DNA of 64,000 nucleotides from contig NC_058368.1 of the NCBI RefSeq assembly GCF_018350175.1, positions 188,668,001 to 188,732,000 on the forward strand. The letters are read 5' to 3'. The DNA comes from Felis catus (lineage: Eukaryota). Below are positions 50,506 to 62,779 of this stretch, in pieces. The translations under genes and the position numbers were made by a program. Below the pieces are notes generated by a model. It made no database searches, was not told the origin of the DNA, and worked only from the letters and a program-made list of their open reading frames with translations. The stretch's first letter is position 1; each line of letters begins with the position of its first letter.

Positions 50506-51642
50506 CCTCTATTAAAAACTAACATTTCCATTTTCTGAGTGCAGCCTTTAATATATTCATTTAGGCAAATTTCCATCCTTTGCTGGCATAATCGCTATTC
50601 CTTTTGTTGGTCATTGCTCCCTTGGGTTTTTCTCAAACATGGTCAGAGGTGCCCTGGACTTTTTAAAGATGGAAGAAAGGCCACATGGCCCTGCATAATT
50701 TGACCGACACAGCTGTGCAGTTGGTTGTCTCATTTAAATTACAACCACAAAAAAGATGTGCCAGGCTTCACTGACACAAGGCTAAGGGCAGGAACACGAA
50801 ACGGTTTCCTGAACCTGCCCTGGGTTACTGCCAAAGGTACGCTGCCATGCTCAGCAGGGTCTCATGGACCACTGACGAGGCAGTGAGCTTCACTAAAACA
50901 ATTATCCCTCCCGGGCCTCTCCCGAAGAAGGTTCGCAGCTCCAAATTCTCAGGGTAAAGGATCTGTCCATCTTTTAATTCCAGCTTGGAATGGCTGACCG
51001 AGGCAGGAACTTGGAGACAATTAAGCTGAGAGTTAGGGGGAAAACAAAGATGTGGGATTTAAAAGGCTGGGGTTGGAGAGGATCATCTTGACAGGCTGTG
51101 GCTCAGAGTTAGAGAAACCCCAAACTGATCTGCAGAAAAGGCTGAACACCGAACCTTGTAACCACAGACCAGGAGGTATTCATGAGACCTGACAAGCCTA
51201 CTTTTAATACAGAATCTGGTACAAAGTTTTGGGTGTATATTTTTGCTGTGGGTTTTTTTTTGATATCTTTTGGAATTGAGTGTGATAGTCCAAAGGGTAG
51301 CTTTCATGTGCAATATTTTCCTCTTTGCCTCAGGATAGTTAAGAGCTTTTTTTGGGGCTGTGAAGCAATAAATCTTTGTCTACACGACTTTCGATTTCTT
51401 CTTTTTTGGTGGAATTTTTACATTGCATATTTTTCCCCCTACTAAATGATTTTTAACATCAGTTACTTGTTTTCTTTCCCATCTTTCCAAAGTCATTCAT
51501 GATAGATGTTTCCCAAGTCAGATTTATTAAAATTATTATGTCTTTCTGAAACAAACATAACTAAATCTTCCAGGAAAGTCCATAATAGTGATGGGATTTT
51601 TCTTTCTTTTTTTTTTTTTGTTTGTGAGTGTATTATGAGCCT

Positions 51643-51720
<78 letters not shown>
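51643..51720. repeat. Compound (GT)n(GA)n microsatellite
   Basis: Direct reading. Confidence 0.95.
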
Positions 51721-51725
<5 letters not shown>

Positions 51726-51929
51726 TGTAGGTTTGTGTAAACATATGTATGTAGTAGAACCGTTGTATTGCAACTAATGCCCAAGGAACGTCTTTTAAGT
51801 CTGTCGGGTTTTTAACAAGTTATGCTAAAGGGGAGGTGGTGGACATTATTTTCCTCCCTTCTAGAGAAAAAAAAATTAAAACAAAATGAATGAGGACAAG
51901 CTGTGCACGTGCTGGGCTGCTTGGGACTT

Positions 51930-52450
51930 CAGACCCGCACGTCGGGATGGGCTGGGACGGACGCCCAGGGAGCGAGCCCGCGGACGTTTCTTCCCCCCTC
52001 TCGATGCCTCTCAGTAGTGGCATTGTGGGGACTCATGAATTACTTCTTACAGTCGGGGCTCCTTGCTATAAATCCAGCCTGGTGCCGAGCGCACCGTGGG
52101 CAGCGAAGCACAGAGCAGGGGCCGCCGGTGTTTGTGTTGTTGTTAGCGACACAGAGCGAGTTCCTCCTAAACGGAAAGGCCCCGGCTCCAGTTTGTCGCC
52201 AGTGAAAGCCGAAACATGAGTCGCACATGTGGACGGGAGCCGCCGGCCGCCTGGGGCTGCAGGGGGGGAGCGCGGCCTGCGGCGGGGCCCAGCGCCCGCC
52301 TGCCCACCGGGGCATTTGTTTGGGGGGAGGAACGGGGGAGGGTGGGAGCAAAGAAAATAGCGCCGGAGGAACTAGGCGCAGGATGCCCTGACCCCTCCTG
52401 TTACGCGCCTCCCCATTACATCTCACTACTTGTCTGCGCGCTGCGGTGAA
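51930..52450. promoter_or_regulatory. Isolated intronic CpG island in intron 6
   Basis: Abrupt ~500 bp GC/CpG-rich block within AT-rich, CpG-depleted intron; no recognisable repeat. Confidence 0.75.
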
Positions 52451-53309
52451 TTTAAAAAAATATACCCTTTGTGGTGTGGCTTTAAAATGGTTTTCTTTCT
52501 CAGGATATCCTGTGTCTGCCTTCGGCTGGGTTTTTCATGGGTTGGTTGGTTAGGAGATGTCTCCTATCCCTTTAAGAGGCAAAAACATGAAAAATGTAAA
52601 TGTAGGGACTTTAACACTTCCCCCCTTCCTAACATTCATATAATTGCTGTTAAGCCACATTGAAAACCCTGGGGCCTGGTGTGCACCAGGGTAAAGTTAC
52701 ATTTCACAAGCAGAAAATTGACTCACCACTTAGGAAAATTGGCTACCAATTATGTGTCAAAGGCTCTAAAGTCAGACCTGAGGTTTTCTTCGCCAGAATG
52801 TGGAATTAAAAAGAGCACAGGCGCCCAGCTTTGTCCCCTCTCCCTTCTCCCAGGAGAAACTTCTTTCTTGCAACTGAGTTTCTGAGTTTCCTTCTGAGAT
52901 GACTTCTGGGCCCTGGCAGGAGGGCTCCTGGTCCACAGAGGGGTAAGCTAGCAATAGGAAAGGAGGCCATCAATTGCTAGAAGTTTGTTCATCCACAGTA
53001 TTTTAAAAATCTGCTTATGGGATATGGGGAGAAAGTTCCTTTTGCCCCAGTTGACCCAAGGTCTGAGAGCTGTGACTGAGGGACCGTGAGGCTGAGGGGC
53101 TCTGGGGGAAGAAAATGTCATGGGATATCTGCTGTCTTTAGTGATGTGGCTGTCACACCCATAGCGTACGTATGCAGAGCCCATTCTGGAAGCTCATAGA
53201 TTGCTCCTGTTGTAGGAGGAGTTGTCCTGGCAGAGTGGTGAGGACAAGTTCCAGAAGCAGGAGGTCAACATGGCGGGTGGAAAAAAAAAAAACAAAAAAC
53301 ATGGCGGGT

Positions 53310-53410
53310 GGAAGGCAGGAGACAGAACAGGGGTTAGAAGGAGAGAGACAGGGAGACAGAGACAGGAAGACAGAGCAATGGAGGGAGGAAAAGAGGGCAG
53401 GAGGTGGGGG

Positions 53411-53442
<32 letters not shown>

Positions 53443-53548
53443 GAAGGGAGTGGAGGGAGAGAGAGAAAATGAGAAAGTGGGAGAGAGGAAGAGGGTATGA
53501 AGGGTGCAGGAGAAGAAGGCAGAGACAGAAGAGGGGGAGAGGAGAGAG
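53310..53548. repeat. GA-rich low-complexity tract with (GA)n core at 53410-53437
   Basis: Direct reading. Confidence 0.85.
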
Positions 53549-54909
53549 TGCTCTGCACATTACCTTATCTACTGACCCCCCCTTTTTGCCACTGTCCCCC
53601 ATTTCTCCTCTATGCAACTTTCTCCACACACTCCTTGCCTTCTGTCAAGGCCTGCTTTCTGTTCCTGGTGGAGTGGCTTATCCCAAGTTTTATTTCTAAT
53701 AAGCCTTGAAATCAAGCCTTATTTTCTGCCTCTAGAGGGAGAGAAAGAGAAAGCGTTAGGACCTGCCAAATTGAATGAATCTGCTGTGGTGTGTTGGAGA
53801 GTTCGTTTTGCAGGACAACCAGGATGCAAATTCATACTGGAGATTATCCCAAGATAAGCATCCCTCCTGACAACAGGATGTGATATGTAATAATTTTAGT
53901 GAGAAAAACCATTCTAGTTTTGCCTTCTGGGAAATCTTATGCTCACTGTTTGATTCTTGCTTTGGAAAATTTCCAGAATTCCCAAGAACTGTCTTAAATC
54001 CTCAATGATTTTGACAGAGAAGACTGTTTTGTCTAAGGGGACAGCAATTCTAGGGCTGAGTCTCACCCAAAAGATCTAATTTCAAGTTCGTCCTGGCATC
54101 TTAGCTGGAACAAAGAGGGAAAAAATTTATACTCTGCAGAATCTTTGGTTCACCTCAGAGTCTTTATTGGTTTAAAAAATGTACGTCTTTGTGAGTTTTT
54201 CCTTATTTAACAGTTCAGAATGTGAAGGTTTATGTTTTTCTAATCAAGACTCAAACATTTTGAGTGGATTTTTCCCTCTACCACCCTATATATCTGAGAG
54301 ATCTTTTCAGTTTTAAGAATCTTGCAGCCTCCCCTAAGTGATGTTAATTAGAGAAGCCTTCTATCCACTAAGTATTTTCTTAAATGTATAATTGATTGTG
54401 CAAGGAAGGAAGAGCTGCAGGAGTGGAAATCATACATCATTTCATTATTAATGGCAATGTCTAAATAAAATGCAGACTTTGTCATGCTAATGGATAGCTG
54501 AATATGTTTAAATCAGAAGCTTATTTTTTTTTTCTTTCTTTACCGTTCTGGGATCATTTTAGGAAGTTTAAGTGACATTTAATGTACTGATAGATATGTT
54601 CTAACATTCTGGGCCAAGGTTGGGAAACAGAGCCAAACTGAACTCTAAGAACTTGAGGGAATGGTGTGTCAAAACCAATGATTTGGGAAGCCACATACCT
54701 TATCTCCTTTTTACTACAGTGAAGAAGCTGGATTTTTACTTGGATTTAATTCACCAGATATGTATTTAGCACTTACTATGTGCAACCCTCCACAGATGGT
54801 CCTCATAGACAACAGAATTGGAAGAGTTTCTAAAGTTTCTGTTTTCAGTTTCTCATGGACACTGAAATGGCAATTTCCGTTGGAATCTGTCTCAGTTTGG
54901 AACTTCTCC

Positions 54910-55320
54910 TGAAAGTAGATCTTCCACAGGGATTTGGATGCGGGTAGTTTATGTGGGCATGATCATAGGAAGCAGGAAGTGAGGACAGTGAGAATGGATA
55001 AGGAAGAAAAACTAAGACAGTGATGCATTATCAAAGCCACTGCTTAGGTAAAAGGTGCTTGATCCCATTGGGATGTCCTAAGAGGCAGAGCAAAACATAC
55101 TGAAGGACAAGAGGCTGGAGCGTTTATTTCCTCGCCCCTCTACTCCATTGGTAGAAGGTTGTCCCTGGGTGCATTGACACCTTGATACTTGTAGGCTGTG
55201 CCTGTGTGCAGACCAGACAGCTCCTTCAGTGTTGGCATACCATGGAAGGTGAGATATGTGGCTGAAATCAGAGTGGACCACAGAGATGGGAGACAGGTAT
55301 CAGAAGCATCTGCTACTGGC
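54910..55320. mobile_element. Probable MaLR (MLT1-type) solo LTR relic
   Basis: Resemblance to MLT1 motifs (GGATTTGGATGC..GTAGTTTAT; GCATCTGCTAC end), judged by eye only. Confidence 0.45.
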
Positions 55321-55959
55321 TACAGGAAGGGAAGCTTCTGGGAGTCTGGGAGTTCATCCTTTGCTTTTTATTGAATACCTGCTGTCTGTTTCTGCATAGT
55401 AGGCTTTCAGTGATTGTTGAATTAATCCATGAGCATATGAATGCATAGACAATAAATGTTTAATGAGTGCTTATTGTATTCTGGAGACCAGTCTGTCTTC
55501 TTCATCTAAGTGTGTTCATGTTGTCAAAGCATGTGTTGTGGTTTTTCCTTGGAAAATATGATATAAAAATATGGAAATATGGTACCTATCTCTTGACAGG
55601 TGGGAGAGATACAAAGATGAATGAGACATGATCTGAGCTTCACATCTTCAGCCTTAAATACAGACAGTTCTGGCATTAGATATCGAATGTTTGCCTTTTA
55701 CCAAGAAGCAAGAATTAGAAAGTAGATATTGGTGGGGGGCTTGGGCGGGAAATGAATCTCCTAAAAGTTTTGGGGAAGTGGATACTGTGGGGGTAGGGAA
55801 ATACCAGTGCATGGCAACTGGTGGAAAAGGAAGCTGAGAAGAAGGTTGGGGCCAGTGCATGAAGGTCCCCAAAGGCCATGTTAACAGATATGTTTTTTCT
55901 TTTGTAAGGAGCCACTTTATACATAATTTGGGGATGTAAAATCCATGTTGAGAAACTCA

Positions 55960-56560
55960 GTGTCCAAACACGAACTCTCAATTCTGCTTCCCAACCCCGG
56001 TCATCTTCAAATTACTGACAGCTTTGTCTATCCCTGCAGTTGTAGAAACCTGGGAATTACCCTGGCCACTGCCTTCTCATGTATACCCACAGCCACGCAA
56101 GGTATCTCTTAACTCTGTCCTCCTCACGCCACCCCCACTCCTCACCCCAGCTCCTGCTTTAAGTCCACCAAAGGGTCCTGCATCTCCATTTGGCCTCTCT
56201 AGAATCTATTCATTCCACACAGGAGCCATAGGGAGATTTTTAGAATTCAAGACTGATAGTGCCTTTCCCTAGCTTAAAGCCCATCTATGACTTCTTATTG
56301 CTTTGAGGATAAAGGGCAAATTCCTTATATGTTGTTCCTATTGCTTCTGTCAGGGATGCTCCCTCCCTTCTTAAAACACTTAAGTTCAACTCATCCATCA
56401 GATTCTAGCTCCCTTTCCTTAATTTTTGGAGATGGTTGCAATCCTCTTCCCAGCTAGGTCAGTTCTTAGCATAGTATGCTGAACTGCATGGTCACTATTT
56501 TATCCTTACCCAGCACCATTCCTGACACACAGTAGGTGCTCAAAATGTCTATCAGATGAT
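55960..56560 (+). mobile_element. L2 fragment(s) ending in the L2 3' motif
   Basis: CCCAGCACCATTCCTGACACACAGTAGGTGCTCAA near 56510-56543, with C/T-rich L2-like body upstream. Confidence 0.55.
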
Positions 56561-56612
56561 TTTTTGTGTGATAGAAATTTAGCCTGTAGCTGTGGGGGGT
56601 ATGGATCCTGTC

Positions 56613-56794
56613 CAGTGATGTGCTGGAACTGCCTTACACTTACTCATAAGAAGCAGCAGAACAAATCTCTTCCCACCTCTGTTAGTGATATTTCATTGGT
56701 AGCTTAAATCATTCATGGTGGGAATATTTACACCAAGGAAATTGGCAAACACTTCAAAGTAGGGTTCCTTCCATCCACTTTACCAGAACTGCTG
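56613..56794. mobile_element. Non-autonomous hAT DNA transposon (MER63-like) with 8-bp TSD
   Basis: Degenerate terminal inverted repeats CAGTGATGTGCTGG ... CCAGAACTGCTG, flanked by identical ATCCTGTC at 56605-56612 and 56795-56802. An 8-bp TSD is characteristic of hAT elements. Confidence 0.75.
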
Positions 56795-57629
56795 ATCCTG
56801 TCAGTCATGGTTACTATGAAATCTTTTGTTTCTCAGAATTTCCTTCCATACTCAGTCATTGTCATTAGTTTTCTGAAGGGCAGAGGCCATATATTATTAG
56901 GTTTTGAGTTGCCAACATGTAGCAAAGTGTACAACTCAATAAGCATTTGTTTTTTAAAAAAATCTAGCATGTTGTGCTGTCTGACCTACCTAATGTGCTC
57001 CTGCAGAAAGAGATTTTGAGATGATACTTTGACCTCTTTGGGCCTTTTTCCATCCACCACTCCACTTAGGCCAATCTCTCTCACACATTCTATTTATGTT
57101 GTAGAAACATATTTTATTTAGCAGGATTTGTGTTACCATGGACAACCTGGCACAGTTAAGTGAAGAACCGAATTCCATGATAAAGCTTATGGGTTCAATT
57201 CAATAAGATTATTGAGGATGTGTTTTGTGGGAGACCCTGTTGCTGATATGCTAGTGTAACAGAAGCTTTTCCTGCCCACAAGTGATTGTACGATTGAGAG
57301 AAGTATAGATGTATGCAGAGAGCTAACCAATAAGATGTGTGATGTGGTATCAGGGAACACAGCATCAGGGACTAATTAATTCTGTATGGGCTCAGGGAAA
57401 GCTAGGGAGAAATGATATTTAAGTTGCAGTTGCGGGGGATAAGCACTGCTGTAGGGAGTGGAGCCTAGAGGCAAGGAGACCAAGTAAGGAAGTTACTATG
57501 ATAGTAAGAGCCAGAGATGATTGAAACCTTGGTCAGTACTAGTGGTAGCAGGAATAGAGGAGAGTGGGCAGTGAACAAAGGATCAAATTGGTTGTGGGGA
57601 GATGAGGGAGAATAGAGCCAACAAGAACT

Positions 57630-57725
57630 GAGGCACTTGGTTATCTTGGGTGGTAGAGGATATGACCCTTAATCTCAGGGTCGTGAGTTAAGCCCCACAT
57701 TGGGTGTGGAACCTACTTAAAAAAA
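57630..57725 (+). mobile_element. Short tRNA-Lys-like old carnivore SINE (SINEC_old-like) followed by a purine microsatellite
   Basis: GGTAGAGGATATGACCCTTAATCTCAGGGTCGTGAGTTAAGCCCCACATTGGGTGTGGAACCTACTTAAAAAAA resembles the tRNA-Lys-derived CAN-SINE head. Confidence 0.8.
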
Positions 57726-60619
57726 CTAGCAGGAGAAGAAGAAGAGGAAGAGGGAGAGGGAGAAGAAGAGGAGGAGGAGGAGGAGGAGGAGGAGGAGAAG
57801 GAGGAGGAAGAAGAAGAAGAAATGAGAACCACCCAGATCATTTTCCTATCCCCCTTTTTCATGGAGGGAAGATGGGAGAATTGAAATGATCTAAATATGG
57901 TTTCTTAATGTTCATGTTATCTTGACTAATTTTGATAAGACTTTATGACAACTTTATCTCAAGCTGCTGCAGTCTCAATAGAAATTGGATTGTAGGCTGC
58001 ACAATTTAATTTAGCCAAACAGCTTTGGACTTGCATTCTATTTCATTGGCCCTGAGTTTCATTACTCTCATTGTCTAGAACTTAATTCTATTTCTATTTG
58101 AATCACTCATTAACTACCTTAGAATTATGTATGTGGTGTGTTTACAGGGTAACATATGCAGATAAGAAGCAGCCTTTACCCAGTCCTAAGCAAACACTGT
58201 GGGTTTGTTAAAAAAATTTAAAAGAGTTTCAGATCATTTCTTGTATGTGACAGAATTGTCATCTCGCACCTCCAATGCAGTTAGGATTCCTTTTTTTTTT
58301 CTTCCTTTAAATACAAGGAGAAAAAAGAGTAATAGTGCTTTCATGTTGAGTCAGAAGGGGTGGGGGGTTGTGGTGGAAAGAGATGAAGAGAATAGAGGGA
58401 GGGAGTGTATACCGCTTCTCTTTTGGGTTTTGGCAAAAAGGAGTAATTCCCATCAACTCAGCTTGGCTAAGAGAGGCCTCCAAATAAGAGTTCTTGAGAT
58501 CTCTGACTCTTCTCCACATAAAAAAAAATTTAAAATAATAAAAAAAGAAGAAATTACAAATGATCTGGTGTTGAAGGCCAAAAGTCTCATCTTTGATGTT
58601 GGCTTTTCGGAAGTTAAATAATAAACCACAGTTTCTTTTTTTCCTCTTTTTAAAGAGGACTACTTTATAAAGCCAATCTTTATAATAAAAAGAAAGAAAA
58701 CATAAATAAAAGACACTCAAATATTTATACAGTTATTCAAAGGATTAAATGTATTTGGTGAGGTCTTAAGGTTATTTAATATTTTTCCCTTCTTTTGAGT
58801 CTTTGTTTTCAGCTCTGGTACATTGAGAATATTTTTTTTCCTGTGGTTTTGTTTATAGAAATTAACTAATTCCCTTATGGTCCTGGCAGAAGTTGCTTTA
58901 GAAATTTGCAAATATGAATGAATGAGAAAAGAGATACCGTGTAGATGAGATAAAGAAATATTTTAACAGTTGCTATGCTTTTTATATTACATTGCTTAGT
59001 TAACACTGAGTATTATTGAATAGATGACAAAATTTAAAAAATGAGTAACAAGCTACTTATTTGACTCAGAGATAAAAATCTCACGGATCTGTACTCTGAA
59101 AAAGTATAATTTTGCTTTAAATTTTTATATTCTCTGTGTCAGTGTTTGTGTTCAGAGGTATTTTCTCCCTTGTAAATTGGGAAGAGATAGCAATGGTTAG
59201 TTTATATGTTAAAAATGCAGTGAATTTCTACTTGCCATGAGTCTGTGCCAGTTCTGTGAACATCTTCCCTCTTCTGCACCCCCAGCTAGGCTCCTCTTGT
59301 GAAAACAGATCAAACTTGTCTTCAGAGTGGTGGTTTGTTTTGTTGTATCAGAATTTAAATACCCAGACAGTAGTCTCTGGTAGATTAAAGCAACAACAAC
59401 AATAACACCATCAGCCACAATACATTGATTAACTTACACCTCTTGGAAAGTCCCAATATTGTAATTTCTTAGTTGGCTAATAAGTTGGAGGTTGGGGCTG
59501 AATATCTTCCACTGAGATTGTCACTTTCAATTTAGGATGAATTGAACTTCTCCTAACAAACATTAGCGGGTATTCTATGTAGTTAAACATTTTGGTAAGT
59601 AGATAATTTCTTCACATGGTATACACTGCACATAATTTTCTGATACAATAACATGGTTATGATCAATGTAGTTTTATTTAACAATTATGTGTTGTATAAA
59701 TTCTCCCCTGGGAGAATTGTATAACATGGTCTCTACTCTCAAAGAACTTCTCACCTAATGTCATTTTTCTATAATCCAGAGGATACCTTAGTGACTTGCT
59801 GTGAATTAGGGTCATAATTATGACCATCATTTATCATTGTACTGTGACTGTGCAAGTGCCAGTTAATAGGGGGTTCAGATGATAGAATGCAGGATAAATC
59901 ACATCACCTTTTCCTGAAGCAGTGTCTTGGTGAGCTGAAGCAGAAGTGGAGAATGGAACTGATACCATTTCCATCTGCAAGCCCTCATGACATATGAAGT
60001 GCCGGGAGACATTTATGGCTTTGCTGCTACCTTCAAGACCTTTGGCAGAGTTCTAAACTTATTTTGGTCTCTCTCTCTTTCTCTCTCCCCGCCTCCCCAT
60101 CTCTTACTCTTCCCTCCTCCCTCTTGTCAGCTATTTCCAGCTGTTTATTTTTATCTTACTCAGAGATGTTTAAATAAAAGACTTAATTTGAATGTAAATT
60201 GTGGTTGTATCAGATCTGCCTAGAACAGTAAGACAGTGACAGCAGTTTGGGTTCTCCTGGCTGTGTATTTTGCACTGAGTTACAGCGCAGGTAGGTTTGA
60301 AGTAATGGTTCATTCATTCATTCAGTGAACACCTACTGCGTGCCAAACGAAGATTGTTGAAGACTTTGCATAGACTTTTTAGACCAGCAGAGAAGACAGT
60401 CATTCAAGGGATCACATAAATAAAGATGATGTTAAAAGAATCACATAAATAAAGGTGTTGTGAAGGCTATGCCGGAGGATGATTTGAGTGAAAATATCAG
60501 GGAGGAGAAAAACTGATTTACTGAAGGGAGTGGTCAGGGAACATGCCCCCAGGAAAGTGATGATCAGACAGAGAGCAAATCTCTATGTCTGCATGCTCTT
60601 TTTTAGTCAGAGTGCAGTG

Positions 60620-60850
60620 TAGGAGAGTAGAAATAGCACGGACACTGGAACCAGATAGACAAGGGTTCCAAGCCTCCTGTCGGCTGTAAACTAGCCATGT
60701 GACTTTGGATGAGTAACTATCTCTGAAACTTAGATTTTTTTTATCTGCAAAATTGGGATAGCAACATCCATCCTCCTGGATTGTTTTGTGTTATAGAAAT
60801 AATACATACCTTAAATGCCCGATTCAATTAAATAATAGGTGCTTACTATT
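60620..60850 (+). mobile_element. MIR
   Basis: AGCACGGACACTGGAACCAGA..CTAGCCATGTGACTTTGG..ATCTGCAAAATTGGGATA. Confidence 0.75.
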
Positions 60851-61075
60851 ATTGTGTCATTTATGACAAAATGTGACTTATGTAAATCAGGTCTTATCTT
60901 TTCCAGAGAGATGTTTTCAAAGAGATCTTTCTTGACCACCTAACCTAAAACAGCTCCCTACTGCAACATTATGCTTAACTTTTAATTTTTTTCACTGTCA
61001 ATATTTGATAAATAAAAAATAGTATATGTAACACTTATGCTATGAAATATAATATATCAAGACCTGAGAGTCTTT

Positions 61076-61308
61076 TTTTAATTTTTTATTAAAAAATTTT
61101 TTTGACATTCATTTATTATTGAGAGATAGAGAGACACAGAGTGTGAGCAGGGGAGGGGCAGAGAGAGGGGGAGACACAGAATCTGAAGCAGGCTCTAGGC
61201 TCTGAGCTGTGAGCACAGAGCCTGATGTGGGTCTCAAACTCACAAACTGTGAGATCACGACCTGAGCTGAAGCCGGACGCTTAATCAACTGGGCCACCTA
61301 GGCACCCC
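61076..61308 (-). mobile_element. Feliform CAN-SINE, older copy, with 17-bp target-site duplication
   Basis: Minus strand starts GGGGTGCCTAGGTGGCCCAGTTG. TSD AAGACCTGAGAGTCTTT at 61059-61075 and 61309-61325. CpGs mostly decayed to TG/CA. Confidence 0.93.
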
Positions 61309-62635
61309 AAGACCTGAGAGTCTTTCCTACTGAACTTAAGAACTTAGTCTTTTTAAAATTTCAGATATTGATGCAGATGAGATCTATGGTATAATTCTGT
61401 TTAGAAGATTTTTTTTTTTTAAAGGCAAGTGAAAAAGATGGTAATTGATTTAAGCTTCCACACAGTTTTTGTTGCCAGGGGACCAAAAAACAAACATACA
61501 CACACATAACATACATACACACAAAGAAAAAATATTTTTCCTTTGGGAAAATGGTAATATGCCTAGGCTGGTTTAGAGGAAGTTGATTGTCTCCCAACCA
61601 GAATGACATTTGGGATAACATTTGAATTGGTTGACCATGGTTTTAGGTAAATAAACTCTGAAATACGGTCAGCTTTTAGACCTATGGTGGAGGAGGGGCT
61701 CTGGGCTAGGAGGCATGAGGAACGTCGAGTTCTGGTCCTGGCTTTGCCTTTGGCTGTGTACCTGAGACTTGTTTATTTTGCTTCCCTGGGCTTCAATTTC
61801 TTCACCTCTAAGTTGAGTGGATGAAATGGCCTCCAAAGTTTAATAGTCCTTCAGACTGTGCCTCTGTGGTCTTCTCAGATCTAGGTTCCTTGGTGAGCAG
61901 AGGGTGCAGGCAAGGGCCAGGTCCCAGGGAGTGAGGAAGGCTGGCTGCAGGTGTGCATCCCTTAACGCCAATGTGCTGGCCCTGGTAGGTTGGCGCTGAC
62001 TACAAACTTCTTTGCATGGGAAAAAGTTCTCTTCCAATTACACAGCAGTTTTGTGGTGGCTGAGGGCTATAATGGGAATGCTTTGCAGCCAAAGCACTCT
62101 CATTCATAAATTCCACTGTGCCACTCTCTAATTTTTTTCTTTTGGATAGATCAGTGTGTTGTGGTTCCTTCTACCACAGCTGTGCTAGCAAATGTAAGTA
62201 GTTAAATATTGTCATGGCCTTTAAGTCTCTGCAATAGATGGACATGACAGTGTCAATCATGAACAATATATGGTGCAGTAAGTAAAAGTCAGCTGACCCT
62301 TCCAATGTCTTCTAGGAAGCTGTCTTTAAAATGAAGTAGAGAAAGACACTGAAGATGAAAGCTGGTTTGTTCTAGTTTATGGATTCCTCTGAAAATAGAT
62401 ATTTTATCCAGGTAAAAGGATATATCCTGTGTGTTCATCACACACAACCAGATACATATGCTGAATGTCAACTACTTTGTGTGAGTTTCTATTGTAAATT
62501 ATGGGGATTTAAGCTGATTTTTAGAAATATTTCTACATCTGTTTTCGTAGCTTGCATTATTCCTGAGTTCCCTTTTTGGAAGTCTCTAAAATGCAAAAAG
62601 AAAATCAAAGCACATATTGTTCAAAGACAAGTAAT

Positions 62636-62637
<2 letters not shown>

Positions 62638-62674
<37 letters not shown>

Positions 62675-62740
62675 CACATATATCTCTATATGTATATCTG
62701 TATCTATATCTATATCTATATCTATCTATATCTATATATA
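62638..62740. repeat. (GT)n followed by (TATATC)n-like repeat
   Basis: Direct reading. Confidence 0.92.
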
Positions 62741-62779
62741 ATAGACATAGAATCCATATGTGACACAGACTATTTTAGT

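Noticed and set aside
53153..53699. 158-175 aa ORFs
   Set aside because: Derived from the GA-rich low-complexity tract.
22347..53831. Scattered perfect octamers (22347, 27824, 32828, 36809, 41106, 53824)
   Set aside because: Several are expected by chance in AT-rich DNA of this length. Only those inside motif clusters were kept.
57630..57712. tRNA-Lys-like sequence as a tRNA gene
   Set aside because: Degenerate A-box and stems, SINE-type 3' extension, A-tail and probable TSD indicate a SINE.
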